A DNA stretch of 64,000 nucleotides. Source: Candidatus Harrisonbacteria bacterium (GTDB taxonomy: Bacteria; Patescibacteriota; Minisyncoccia; UBA6257; 1-14-0-10-44-23). The first letter of the stretch is position 1. Every line of letters begins with the position of its first letter. The position numbers were made by a program, and so were the translations under genes. Positions 48,057 through 57,718 of this stretch are shown here, in pieces. The stretch covers positions 94,255-158,254 of the forward strand of contig JAHFLF010000001.1 of the NCBI GenBank assembly GCA_023255625.1, written 5' to 3'. A model generated the notes under the pieces. It saw only the letters and a list, made by a program, of their open reading frames with translations. It was not told where the DNA came from and searched no databases.

Positions 48057-48626
48057 TTAATGGGCGAGATAGACAATCGTCGCAATACTGGCCGTGTTGA
48101 AAAAAAATGAGACGAGCATAATGTAGCGGTTTGGCAGATGAGTTAAACCCATTATAGCAATACCCAGTTCATCGGGCAGAGGCGAGGCAACTATTATGCC
48201 GCCGAGTAGTATCGTAACAATGCGCACCAGCCGCCGATGCATAAACTTTGCAAATGCTCCATGAGTCTTTCTGGCAAAATAAGCGAGCGCTTCATCTATA
48301 ATACCAATTCGTAGCGCGGCTAAAAGACCGGTATCACCAATCGCTGCCCCGACCCCGCCGAGCATTGCTACAAGAAATCCGGGCGCGCCGGCTCCGGCTA
48401 GCGAAATAAAAATCGCAACTGCAATTGGTGTCGTCGAAAATGTCGTATAAAGTAACCCGCCCAGAAACGCCAGCCCTAGCCACCATGAACCGCCGCGCAA
48501 AACCCAATTTTCGATAACGCCGGAGCCAACTATCAAATAAGCAATAAAAACCATGCCGGCGAAAATACCGACAAATCCCAGATGGCGAAGCGTAAAAATT
48601 CGAAACTTATAGTCGTGCGGCTTCAT
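48057..48626 (-). CDS. membrane protein
   Basis: Multiple TMs, ASPLPDELG. Confidence 0.7.
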   Translation of the reverse strand: MKPHDYKFRIFTLRHLGFVGIFAGMVFIAYLIVGSGVIENWVLRGGSWWLGLAFLGGLLYTTFSTTPIAVAIFISLAGAGAPGFLVAMLGGVGAAIGDTGLLAALRIGIIDEALAYFARKTHGAFAKFMHRRLVRIVTILLGGIIVASPLPDELGIAIMGLTHLPNRYIMLVSFFFNTASIATIVYLAH

Positions 48627-48629
48627 AAC

Positions 48630-50195
48630 CTACTGCAAAAAAGGTAGCAAACTCTGTCCGGTCATCTCTGATGGTTTTAAAATTTTTAGAAGCTCCAGCA
48701 CAGTCGGAGCAACATCCGATAGAATGCCGATTGCGCCCGGAGTCGAGCTGGCCGGCTTCGGCTCTGCCCGCTTAAATTCCGGACCAAGCACATAAACCGG
48801 TACCGGGCTTAAATCGTGTGTCGTCTCCACGCTGCCGGTCATCGCGTCAATCATCACCTCGGCATTACCGTGATCCGCAGTAACCACAAGGTAGCTGCCG
48901 GTTTCTTCGCAGCCCTTTACAATCCGACCAAGTTGCTCGTCGACGGTCTGAACTGCTATAACCGCTGCAGCAAAATTACCAGTATGTGCCACCATGTCTG
49001 CATTGGCAAAATTCAAAATAATTACATCAAATTCCCGCTTCTGCATGGCCTGAACAACTCGGTCGGCAATCGCAAAAGCCATCATTTGCGGCTCCTTATC
49101 ATGACTCTCAACATTGCGGGATGGAATCAGCATTTTTGACTGGCCCGGAAACGGCTCATCGCGATAACCGTTGAAAAAATAAGTAACATGGGCATATTTT
49201 TCGGTCTCCGCGATTAAAAGCTGCGTCAATCCGCTTTCAGAAATCACCTTGCCAAGCGGTTTGGTTATCTCCTCCGGCGGAAAGGCAACCGGAACTTTAA
49301 AATGTTTAGTATACTCGGTCATCGTTGCAATATACAAATTCTGAAATTGCTTAACCGGAAATTTATCAAACTCTTTTTCGATAAAACTGCCGGCCAGCTG
49401 CCGGATGCTGTCCTCACGAAAATCAATAAAAATTAAAGCGTCGTTGTCTCGGACTGGCCGGCCGGCACCGGCCACGCTAATCGGCGGCAAATACTCATCA
49501 CTCTGGTCTGGACTGGCATCATATAGATGGTTAACTAACTCCTCTACTGGGCGCGGTTCGGGTGCGAGCGTGCCGGTGATCGCATCATAGGCGCGCTGCG
49601 TCCGATCAAAGTGACTGTCGCGATCCAAAGCAAAATGCCGGCCGCAAAGACTGGCCAGCGCACCCACTCCGGCCTGTTCTGTAACCTGCCGTAATTTAGT
49701 TAGAAGCTGAAGAACGGAATGAGGACGGCTATCTTTGCCGTCCGCAAATAGATGCAAATTCACTTTTTTCACTCCGTTATCCGCCGCCGCCTGAATCAGC
49801 GCCGCCAGATGATCAAATGCTGCATGGATAGCCCCCTCGGTTAAAAGTCCGGCGATATTTAACGCTGAATCATTTGTTTTAACATGGGTAAATGCGTCTT
49901 GAAAAACCGGATTTTTTGCAAACTCTCCGCGTTCGATAGCCAAAGTGATACGCGGATAGTGCTGATATAAAACTTTGCCCGCACCGATAGTTAAGTGCCC
50001 CACCTCGCTGTTACCCACCTCGTTCCAAGGTAAACCAACTGCAATTCCCGAGGCCTGCAAGGCGCCACCCAGATAATGCTGCGCCAGATACGGAATGGTT
50101 TTCAAATCGGCCTTGGCGATTGGATTTGTAAAATCCGGCCGGCCTATCCCCCAACCGTCCAAAATTGCCAAAACAAGCATTGGTTTTTTGTCCAT
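48630..50195 (-). CDS. gpmI: 2,3-BPG-independent phosphoglycerate mutase
   Basis: ILDGWG, GNSEVGH, AETEKYAHVT, TADHGNAE. Confidence 0.96.
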   Translation of the reverse strand: MDKKPMLVLAILDGWGIGRPDFTNPIAKADLKTIPYLAQHYLGGALQASGIAVGLPWNEVGNSEVGHLTIGAGKVLYQHYPRITLAIERGEFAKNPVFQDAFTHVKTNDSALNIAGLLTEGAIHAAFDHLAALIQAAADNGVKKVNLHLFADGKDSRPHSVLQLLTKLRQVTEQAGVGALASLCGRHFALDRDSHFDRTQRAYDAITGTLAPEPRPVEELVNHLYDASPDQSDEYLPPISVAGAGRPVRDNDALIFIDFREDSIRQLAGSFIEKEFDKFPVKQFQNLYIATMTEYTKHFKVPVAFPPEEITKPLGKVISESGLTQLLIAETEKYAHVTYFFNGYRDEPFPGQSKMLIPSRNVESHDKEPQMMAFAIADRVVQAMQKREFDVIILNFANADMVAHTGNFAAAVIAVQTVDEQLGRIVKGCEETGSYLVVTADHGNAEVMIDAMTGSVETTHDLSPVPVYVLGPEFKRAEPKPASSTPGAIGILSDVAPTVLELLKILKPSEMTGQSLLPFLQ

Positions 50196-50224
50196 TTTAG
50201 AAGTATAACATGGGGATAGGGATT

Positions 50225-50446
50225 AGAGGTTGCTAGATGCTGCTAGAGGTTGATAGGTAAACTTAGAGGAAACTAGCTTGGCGCGGCCCGAGTACGGGCC
50301 GCGGCGGTTTCGTTCTAACCCGAACCCCTTGCTAGCATCCTCTAGCAGCATCTAGCACCCTCTAGCAGCCTCTAGCAGCCTCTAGCAGCCTCTAGCAGCC
50401 TCTAGCAGCCTCTAGCAGCCTCTAGCAGCATCTAGCAGCATCTAGC
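50225..50446. repeat. 10-bp tandem array (TCTAGCAGCC, about 11 units) with inverted copies
   Basis: Array at 50332-50446; inverted units at about 50225-50250. Confidence 0.9.
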
Positions 50447-50524
50447 CCCGTTGACTTTATAGGCGAAAAAGAATAATTTAACGCTTGAGAGGCGTACTCT
50501 CAAGGGAATGGAAAGGAGCCACCA

Positions 50525-51163
50525 GTGCTGGGATTCATCTGGGTCGTACTCATCGTTATCTGTTTCGCGGCGGCCATTTATCTCGGCGAATGCACCAGGT
50601 ATGACAGGAAACATGGCGTAGGTGACGGGATCATCAACGAGAGACTGTCCTTCTTCTTTGGGATCCTCTGTTTCCTGATGTGCTTCGCACCACTTCTGTT
50701 CGAGTTCGTGCCCTTCTCGGGAAAGGGCAGCTATGTCGTCGCGGTCAGAAACGACGGCAGCTACACCAAGTACCCGTACGGCTGCTGGGAGTGGACGGAT
50801 GGAGAGCTCTACACAGTGTGGAGTCCTCTACCTGAATCCAGAGAGATCCTGCTAAATCCGGACGATCCGGGCACCAAGCTCCCATACTCCGTCACTCTGA
50901 AGATATCGGATCCGGGCATCTACTTCAACCAGAAGGAAATGGATTGGAAGAAGAAGCAAGCGCTTTTCCACTTCTTCCTGGTCCAGCTCGAGCAGCCGGG
51001 TTGGGAACATGACTTCCGGGAGTTCACCGATCCGGCCAACCAGGAGCAGCAGCGCCGCTTCGTGGAACTCGTCCTGCCCTGGCTCAACCAGCGTCTGGCC
51101 AAGTACGGCCTGGGCGCTACGGACGCCTCGTTCGCGGCTCGAACAACGCCGCCAAAGGACTAG
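50525..51163 (+). CDS. orphan membrane protein, SD-led
   Basis: TTGACT at 50451; GAAAGGAGCCACCA-GTG; two TMs. Confidence 0.6.
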   Translation: MLGFIWVVLIVICFAAAIYLGECTRYDRKHGVGDGIINERLSFFFGILCFLMCFAPLLFEFVPFSGKGSYVVAVRNDGSYTKYPYGCWEWTDGELYTVWSPLPESREILLNPDDPGTKLPYSVTLKISDPGIYFNQKEMDWKKKQALFHFFLVQLEQPGWEHDFREFTDPANQEQQRRFVELVLPWLNQRLAKYGLGATDASFAARTTPPKD

Positions 51164-51179
51164 CGATCTAGTCCTTGCT

Positions 51180-51220
51180 GCCGCGGGTTGGCGAAAGCCA
51201 ACCCGCGGCACATCTTTTTT
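51180..51220 (+). terminator. intrinsic terminator
   Basis: GCCGCGGGTTGGC-GAAA-GCCAACCCGCGGC then a T-run. Confidence 0.75.
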
Positions 51221-51275
51221 ATACTAAAAATTAACCAGCCGTCACCGCTCAATACAGCTCTATTTAGCGGAACAG

Positions 51276-51378
51276 CCGGGATTTTTATTCCTGGGGACTC
51301 TCACAGGCCGACGGGCCGAGAGCGAGGGTGAATTTTCTCCAGAAAATTACACCTGTGCCCCAGGAATAAAAATCCCGG
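51276..51378 (+). repeat. Y-shaped palindromic element
   Basis: 21-bp arms CCGGGATTTTTATTCCTGGGG; core covaries with the 38403 copy. Confidence 0.85.
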
Positions 51379-51527
51379 GCACTCCGTTAACCTATTGACC
51401 TATAACGGCTCTCTACCGTATACTTCTAGTGAGACTTTTCTCACTTTACTATCTAATGTATTTCTGTTCCCTAAAAATTTCATGATCGAGATCGTGGTTG
51501 TGAAGAACATACGGGACATCTACTCAT

Positions 51528-53066
51528 ATGGAATTTCTGACCAACCCCTTTGTCTGGGTATTTTTAGTCTTATTTTTAGTCTTCGGTATCGCGGCCGGTT
51601 ACTACTTCCGCCACTCGCGCGGAGCTAAGAACGCCGGATCAGTCGAGCAGCAAACACAAGCCAAACTCGCCGAAGCGCAAAAGCAGGCCGAGCATTTTGT
51701 CGCTGACGCAAAATTAAAAGCCGCCGAGCAAATCAGCGAGGGGCAAAAACAAGAACGCGAACGGAAACAAAAATTAGACCAGCTTGAAGAGCGACTTTTA
51801 AAACGCGAAGAGTCTTTGCAGGCGCAACTGCTAAATCTGACTACCAGAGAGACGAAGTTCAACGAAGAAATTAAAAAGGTAGAACAGGTCAAAGAGCAGG
51901 CCGAGCTCGCCTACGCTAAGGCAACTGCTCACCTCGAGCAGATTACCGGCATGAAGCAGGAGGATGCCAAGGCCATGATCATTAAGGATGTTACCGAGAA
52001 GTACAAGGGCGATCTGGTTACCAGTATCCAAAAAGTTGAACACGAGCGACGCGACGAGATTGAAAAGAAGGCCTCGGAGATTATTACCACCGCGCTGATG
52101 CGTTATGCACGCAGCCAAGTCGCCGATGTTACTACCAGTGTCTTCCATCTGCCGAGCGAGGACATCAAGGGTAAAATTATCGGCCGTGAAGGGCGCAATA
52201 TTAAAGCACTGGAGCGAGCAACCGGAGTGGAAATTGTCATTGACGAAGCGCCGGAATCAATCATCCTCTCTTCTTTTGATCCGCTGCGCCGTGAAATCGC
52301 CCGCATGACGCTCGAGCGGATGATTAAAGACGGCCGCATCCAGCCGGCGCGCATCGAAGAAACTGTCGAACAATGTAAAACTGAACTCATCCGCCGCATG
52401 CAGGAAATTGGTGAACAGGCCACGCTCGAGGTCGGCATCGCCGGCTTTCCGAAAGAAATTCTGCAGCTGCTCGGCCGGCTACACTTCCGCACTAGCTACG
52501 GACAAAATGTGCTGATGCACTCTTTGGAGATGGCGCACATCGCCGGTATGATTGCCCGCGAACTCGGCTGCAATGTTGATATTGCCAAAAAAGGTGCGCT
52601 CGTCCACGACATCGGCAAGGCCATCAGTCATGAAGTCGAGGGTACGCATGTGGAACTTGGCCGGAAAATTCTGGCGAAATACGGCGTGGAGCAAGCGGTA
52701 ATCACCGCAATGGAAAGCCACCACGAGGACTACCCGTTTACCAGCCCGGAGGCCTACATTGTTACGGCGGCCGATATTCTTTCTGCAGCCCGCCCTGGCG
52801 CTCGCCGAGATACCGTCGAACAGTACATAAAACGGCTGAAAGACCTGGAGGAGATCACCAGCAAGTTTGCGGGCGTGAAACAGGCCTACGCTCTTTCTGC
52901 CGGCCGTGAGGTGCGCGTCTTTGTTGTACCGGAAAAAATTGACGACTTTGCCGCACTGCAAATGGCCCGCGATATTGCCAGCCGTATCCAAACCGAGATG
53001 AAGTATCCGGGTGAGATTAAAGTAAATGTTATCCGCGAGACCCGGGCGGTGGAATACGCGCGATAG
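51528..53066 (+). CDS. rny: ribonuclease Y
   Basis: TM, coiled coil, KH (IIGREGRNI), HD (HDIGK). Confidence 0.97.
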   Translation: MEFLTNPFVWVFLVLFLVFGIAAGYYFRHSRGAKNAGSVEQQTQAKLAEAQKQAEHFVADAKLKAAEQISEGQKQERERKQKLDQLEERLLKREESLQAQLLNLTTRETKFNEEIKKVEQVKEQAELAYAKATAHLEQITGMKQEDAKAMIIKDVTEKYKGDLVTSIQKVEHERRDEIEKKASEIITTALMRYARSQVADVTTSVFHLPSEDIKGKIIGREGRNIKALERATGVEIVIDEAPESIILSSFDPLRREIARMTLERMIKDGRIQPARIEETVEQCKTELIRRMQEIGEQATLEVGIAGFPKEILQLLGRLHFRTSYGQNVLMHSLEMAHIAGMIARELGCNVDIAKKGALVHDIGKAISHEVEGTHVELGRKILAKYGVEQAVITAMESHHEDYPFTSPEAYIVTAADILSAARPGARRDTVEQYIKRLKDLEEITSKFAGVKQAYALSAGREVRVFVVPEKIDDFAALQMARDIASRIQTEMKYPGEIKVNVIRETRAVEYAR

Positions 53067-53261
53067 GAATTTAGTTAGTTGGTTAATTAGTTAGCTGGTT
53101 AGTTGGTAGAAACGAAATTCCAGTCTCGCTAACTAACAAACTAACTAGCTAACCAACTAACCAATGGCCCCTGTGGATAACCCGCGCTATTGCTTGTCTA
53201 ACGCAAGCTCGTGTATAATTGCGGCATTAATAAAGTAGTCGAAAAAAATTATATATAAATT

Positions 53262-53537
53262 ATGAAAAAAGATGATCTGGTTGAGGCATTGTACAAAGGC
53301 GCGCAGCTCCCGACCAAGAAACAAGCCGGTGAGATTGTCGAATGGTTCTTTGACACCATTACCGACACCCTGAAAAAAGGCGAAGAGGTCGGCATTACCG
53401 GCTTTGGCACCTTTAAAGTCATGAAGCGAGCCGCTCGGGTCGGCCGAAACCCGAAGACTGGTGAGAAAATACAGATTAAGGCCTCTAACTCGCCTAAATT
53501 CAAAGCCGGCTCGCTCCTCCGGGCTGCGGTAAAATAG
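53262..53537 (+). CDS. hup: DNA-binding protein HU
   Basis: GFGTF...RVGRNPKTGE. Confidence 0.95.
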   Translation: MKKDDLVEALYKGAQLPTKKQAGEIVEWFFDTITDTLKKGEEVGITGFGTFKVMKRAARVGRNPKTGEKIQIKASNSPKFKAGSLLRAAVK

Positions 53538-53628
53538 TTTTCTGTGGTATACTAAATATCAGTCAGGGGCCCGTTCTGTGAGGGAACGGGTTTTTGATTT
53601 CCAGACAGATTTGATATACAATTTCTAT

Positions 53629-53829
53629 ATGGCCATTACAACCGCAACTAAAAAGTTTTTCAAAGTTACTCTGATTGTGATCGTCGTGTTCGGCATGCTC
53701 GCAATCTACCTGGCCCCGCTTTTTAGCGGCGGCGTACAGCAGCGAGTACAGCAGCAGCCGGTCGACTTCACCGGCCCCACCGGTGCGCCCTTCGTAAATG
53801 GCCCGTCGGCTCCCCCGCCGGGAAAATAG
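53629..53829 (+). CDS. small membrane protein
   Basis: TM plus Pro-rich tail. Confidence 0.55.
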   Translation: MAITTATKKFFKVTLIVIVVFGMLAIYLAPLFSGGVQQRVQQQPVDFTGPTGAPFVNGPSAPPPGK

Positions 53830-53918
53830 TCAGTTAGTTAGTTGACGGTTAGTCGGTTAGTTAGTAAGCACCGGCAAACCTTGCAGTTGAGGATATATCT
53901 GGTAGAATAATCTGCATT

Positions 53919-53989
53919 GCGGAGTTCGTATAGTGGTAATACACCTCGTTGCCAACGAGGAGCGACGGGTTCGATTCCCGTACTTCGCT
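53919..53989 (+). tRNA. tRNA-Gly(GCC)
   Basis: CCTCG-TT-GCC-AA-CGAGG; GGTTCGATTCC. Confidence 0.95.
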
Positions 53990-54113
53990 CACTTCTTCGC
54001 CCTTGGTAGGGCTACGAAGTGCAAGCACTTCAGAAAAATAGTGTTTGTACTTCAAATAATATAACTACAACAGCGAAGAGAAGTGTCCTTCGAAGCTTTA
54101 TGCGAAGAAGGAC
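53990..54113. repeat. inverted pair of CTTCG...GCTACG REP-like hairpins
   Basis: Hairpins at 53990-54026 and 54085-54113. Confidence 0.65.
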
Positions 54114-54115
54114 GA

Positions 54116-54328
54116 ATGGTAAACCCTCTTTTGCTTATTGGTTCTACTCCTGATATCAAAACAAGATTAGCGTCACACAACTCCGGAGCCAACAAGCATA
54201 CGAGTAAATTCAGGCCGTGGAAAATTGTATGGGTATGCGGATTTTTGAGCAAAGAAAAAGCATTTTCATTTGAGATGTATCTAAAAACCGCATCGGGAAT
54301 AGCATTCCGTAGAAAACGCCTTCTTTAA
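54116..54328 (+). pseudogene. GIY-YIG nuclease lacking the N-terminal aromatic motif
   Basis: IGST.DIKTRLASHNSG...TSKFRPWK...FEMYLKT. Confidence 0.7.
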
Positions 54329-54414
54329 AAAACACAGTCCCCAACACGACCATGTCGCGTCAGGGACTAGGCTGGGGCGGCTGGGGCGCCCCGAGGATCG
54401 AGAGCTGCTAGCTG

Positions 54415-54897
54415 CTAGGGCAAAGTCATCAATGCTTTCCCCAGAATCGCGAGCTTCACGCACTCCGGCAGGACGAAGACATTGTGGTTCTGGCCGATCG
54501 CGTCGACAGTCCCCAGAGTGGCTCTGCGCCAACGCGGGTCCCACTCCTTCAGACCGCGCTTCTTCCGACACAGCTCGGCGGCCCTCCTGGTTCGGAAGAG
54601 CGCCACGATGTCGGTAGTGCGCCCCCGAAGCATGGAACTGTTCATCTGCCAGAACTGACGACCGTACTTCGTCTGCGGGTAGAAGAGAACCAGACCGCCG
54701 ATCTGTCCACCTCCGCCGATCCCGACCATCGAACCACCCACAAATTGGTGGCCGACCTTCATACTGGCCTTGGCCCTTCCGGCAACCTTCTTCACGGTTG
54801 GGTCGCCAAATTCATTGATGGCGTCGGACATCAGGTAGACCGACCCGGAGCATGTCACTGCGAACAGACGCTTTAGCTGCTGCTTTGGGCTCTTCAT
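54415..54897 (-). CDS. orphan protein, SD-led
   Basis: TTGACA at 54947; TAGGAGGTGCTCC-ATG. Confidence 0.6.
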   Translation of the reverse strand: MKSPKQQLKRLFAVTCSGSVYLMSDAINEFGDPTVKKVAGRAKASMKVGHQFVGGSMVGIGGGGQIGGLVLFYPQTKYGRQFWQMNSSMLRGRTTDIVALFRTRRAAELCRKKRGLKEWDPRWRRATLGTVDAIGQNHNVFVLPECVKLAILGKALMTLP

Positions 54898-55009
54898 GGA
54901 GCACCTCCTATAACTACTTATTTACATCAAAAAAATAATCTTGTCAATTTCTGACACTAACGACCAAAGCAAGAATTCTCTTTATATATATTTTTGCTAT
55001 ACTGAATGT

Positions 55010-56809
55010 ATGCGCCACCTCCCTCGTCTACTCCCTAGAACCTACTCCCTACCCGGCCTCGACTCGACTCGGCGAGGCGGGAAACCTTCCCAAGAAGGTT
55101 TCACCCTAATCGAAATGATGGTCACAGTCGGCATTCTTGCGCTACTGGCCGGGATTGTTATTAACGGCGTTAACCCGACGCGCCAAATTGGTACCACCCG
55201 CAACGCACAGCGGCTAAGCGACATCTCCGCTATCTCCGGAGCGGCCAATCATTATGCAATCGAAAAATTTACCGATTACCCGGCCGGAATTGATACGACG
55301 CTAAGAATGCTAGGAACGGCTGCATCGGGATGTACCGTTAGCTGTGGCCCGGACACAATCCCTCCCCCGCCACAGAGCATTACCTCATTCGCAGACAACA
55401 CCCAGCCGGAATTTGACGCCGGCACACATTCCAACACCCAGTGGAATATCAGCACATCTGCAATCGGTCTCACCGGCACAGGCCTGATCAATAAAACCGG
55501 CACTTACCTTTCCAAAATTTTTGACGGCGGCTCGTCAGTAACCTGGAACGCGCTTTCCTGGCTGCCACGCGCGCCCTACGGTAAAGAGCTCCCCTCGCCC
55601 TTTAGCGCGATTGAAACCGGCTACCCGACCGGTAGCGCCACAATGACCGGCAATGTTTTACTGATGCATACCAACGAAACGAGTGGCACGATCGCCGATG
55701 TCTCCGGCAACAGTAATAATGGCGCGAATATGGGTGGCATAACATATGGCGTCGCCGGCAAATTTAATAAGGCGCTTTCGTTTAACGGCACTAGCGGCTA
55801 CGCGCAGGTCAACACCGCGGCTAACCTGAACTTGCCCAACACCAGCGGCACAGTCATGCTCTGGATAAATCCGACCATCACGGCCGGCAGTATTCCGCAA
55901 AATACCGGCATGGGCATCATCCGCAAACCGGATTTTAACGGCAACCTTTTCGCGATGGGCGGGTACAGCATGGAAGTGTATCGTAATCTCGTCACGGGCC
56001 CGGCAAATATAAGAATGTACCTGGGCTGGAACAACGGAGTTACGACCTCCAATCAGTCAATCACCGGCGCAACGAATATTTTAAATAATACCTGGTATCA
56101 TGTAGCTATGACTTGGAACGCGGGGACAATGAATATTTATGTAAATGGGGTTTTAGACGGCACCGCGCCGCGCACCACCGGGCCGCTGAACTGGGCGGGT
56201 GGCACCGAAAAACTTTACATCGGCCACCGAGCCGCATCTCAATCCACTGGTTATGGCTGGTTTAATGGTTCGCTGGACGAGATAGCGCTGTTCAACCGGC
56301 AACTGACTGCGCCGGAAATCACCGCTGCTTATCAACGCGGCGCTTACGATCCAAAACTGCGCGTCCGCAGCTGCAACGATGCAGCATGTGTTGGCGAAAC
56401 CTTTGTTGGGCCAGATGGGACTGCCGGCACTTACTTCAGCGAAGAGACAAACACCGCGCTAACGCCGGCGACGCTCACGCCAAATGTCCCAGCCAACCGT
56501 TATCTACAATATCAACTAATCTTAGACACTGATACCCAAAGTGGCGGGCCGGAAATCGCCAGTGTTGGTGGCGGCAACAACGGCACTGGCGGGGGCAGCG
56601 GTACAGGAACCGCGACGACTGAAAATACTCTCGACAGCTGTCTAAATCTGACATCAGTTCTGGCCCCAAACTATCTGACCTCTATCCCCTTCGACCCGGC
56701 GACCGGAAACGCAGCCAAGACAAATTATGCCGTCAAAAAAATCCCAGGCGGGCTGCTAGTCCGCAGCTGTACGCCAGCGCTTAATAAGTCAATACAATTA
56801 ATTCAATAA
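55010..56809 (+). CDS. type IV pilin-like protein with inserted LamG-like domain
   Basis: G|FTLIE cleavage motif; WYHVAMTW...YVNG...FNGSLDEIALFNRQLT; pilin-like C-terminus. Confidence 0.82.
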   Translation: MRHLPRLLPRTYSLPGLDSTRRGGKPSQEGFTLIEMMVTVGILALLAGIVINGVNPTRQIGTTRNAQRLSDISAISGAANHYAIEKFTDYPAGIDTTLRMLGTAASGCTVSCGPDTIPPPPQSITSFADNTQPEFDAGTHSNTQWNISTSAIGLTGTGLINKTGTYLSKIFDGGSSVTWNALSWLPRAPYGKELPSPFSAIETGYPTGSATMTGNVLLMHTNETSGTIADVSGNSNNGANMGGITYGVAGKFNKALSFNGTSGYAQVNTAANLNLPNTSGTVMLWINPTITAGSIPQNTGMGIIRKPDFNGNLFAMGGYSMEVYRNLVTGPANIRMYLGWNNGVTTSNQSITGATNILNNTWYHVAMTWNAGTMNIYVNGVLDGTAPRTTGPLNWAGGTEKLYIGHRAASQSTGYGWFNGSLDEIALFNRQLTAPEITAAYQRGAYDPKLRVRSCNDAACVGETFVGPDGTAGTYFSEETNTALTPATLTPNVPANRYLQYQLILDTDTQSGGPEIASVGGGNNGTGGGSGTGTATTENTLDSCLNLTSVLAPNYLTSIPFDPATGNAAKTNYAVKKIPGGLLVRSCTPALNKSIQLIQ

Positions 56810-56816
56810 TAAATAT

Positions 56817-57668
56817 ATGGAGAACGCCCCAGTTTCCCAAACCGTAATTCCCCGCCCAAATCTGCCCGGCCCGATCGCTCTGCTTAAACAAGCATGGTCT
56901 GTGTTTGGCAAAAATTTCTGGCTATTTCTGACAATTATATCCGCGCCAACCATACTCGCCGCCGTTGTCGCCGTTATGCGCGCTAAAGCACTCCCGCAGC
57001 CACTCACCACAACGCCTGGCGGACTCATCCTGGAAATAGTTAATTTTCTAGTATCGATTTTAGCTGGCGGCGCAATCATTACCGCCGGACTAAAATTAGC
57101 AGCCGGAGAAACTACCTCCGCAGACCAGGCATATCGCCGTGTCTTTAATTTATTTTTCCCGTTCCTGTGGCTGAATATCCTGATGCTCCTTATCATCTGG
57201 GGCGGCACAACTCTGCTGATTATCCCGGGCATCATACTCTCGCTCTGTTTTTTCTTCACTGGCTTTATCTTTTTCAGCGGAACCGCTAAAGGAATAGACG
57301 CCCTGCTACTTAGCAAGGATTACGCCAAAGGTTATACAGCTACAATCTTCGGCCGTTTGTTAGTGGTCGGATTAATACTCATGATTCCGCTTCTCTTAGT
57401 AACTATCCCCTTCGGCGGAACGAACACGGTGGTCGGCACTTTAATCATCACCATAGTTAGCGGCGTAATGCTACAACCGCTGATAGTGCTTTATTCTCTG
57501 GAAATTTTCAAAAAAATCCAGCAGATAAAAGGAGTTCTGCAGCCGCAGTCATCTAAAAAAGCAAAGCGAACTATGTATGCGTTAGCGGTACTTGGCCTGC
57601 TAAGCGGTATTGGGCTGACCATCCTCTTTCTCAAGCTCCTTGCTGCCGTACCAGTTCAGATGCATTAA
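56817..57668 (+). CDS. polytopic membrane protein
   Basis: Multiple TMs, LLIIPGII. Confidence 0.7.
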   Translation: MENAPVSQTVIPRPNLPGPIALLKQAWSVFGKNFWLFLTIISAPTILAAVVAVMRAKALPQPLTTTPGGLILEIVNFLVSILAGGAIITAGLKLAAGETTSADQAYRRVFNLFFPFLWLNILMLLIIWGGTTLLIIPGIILSLCFFFTGFIFFSGTAKGIDALLLSKDYAKGYTATIFGRLLVVGLILMIPLLLVTIPFGGTNTVVGTLIITIVSGVMLQPLIVLYSLEIFKKIQQIKGVLQPQSSKKAKRTMYALAVLGLLSGIGLTILFLKLLAAVPVQMH

Positions 57669-57718
57669 AATACATAGCCCCCTAACGGCTATTTGGCAGT
57701 AATGTCCATGCTCTAGGC

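Noticed and set aside
50332-50446. Possible CRISPR array
   Set aside because: Contiguous 10-bp units with no spacers.
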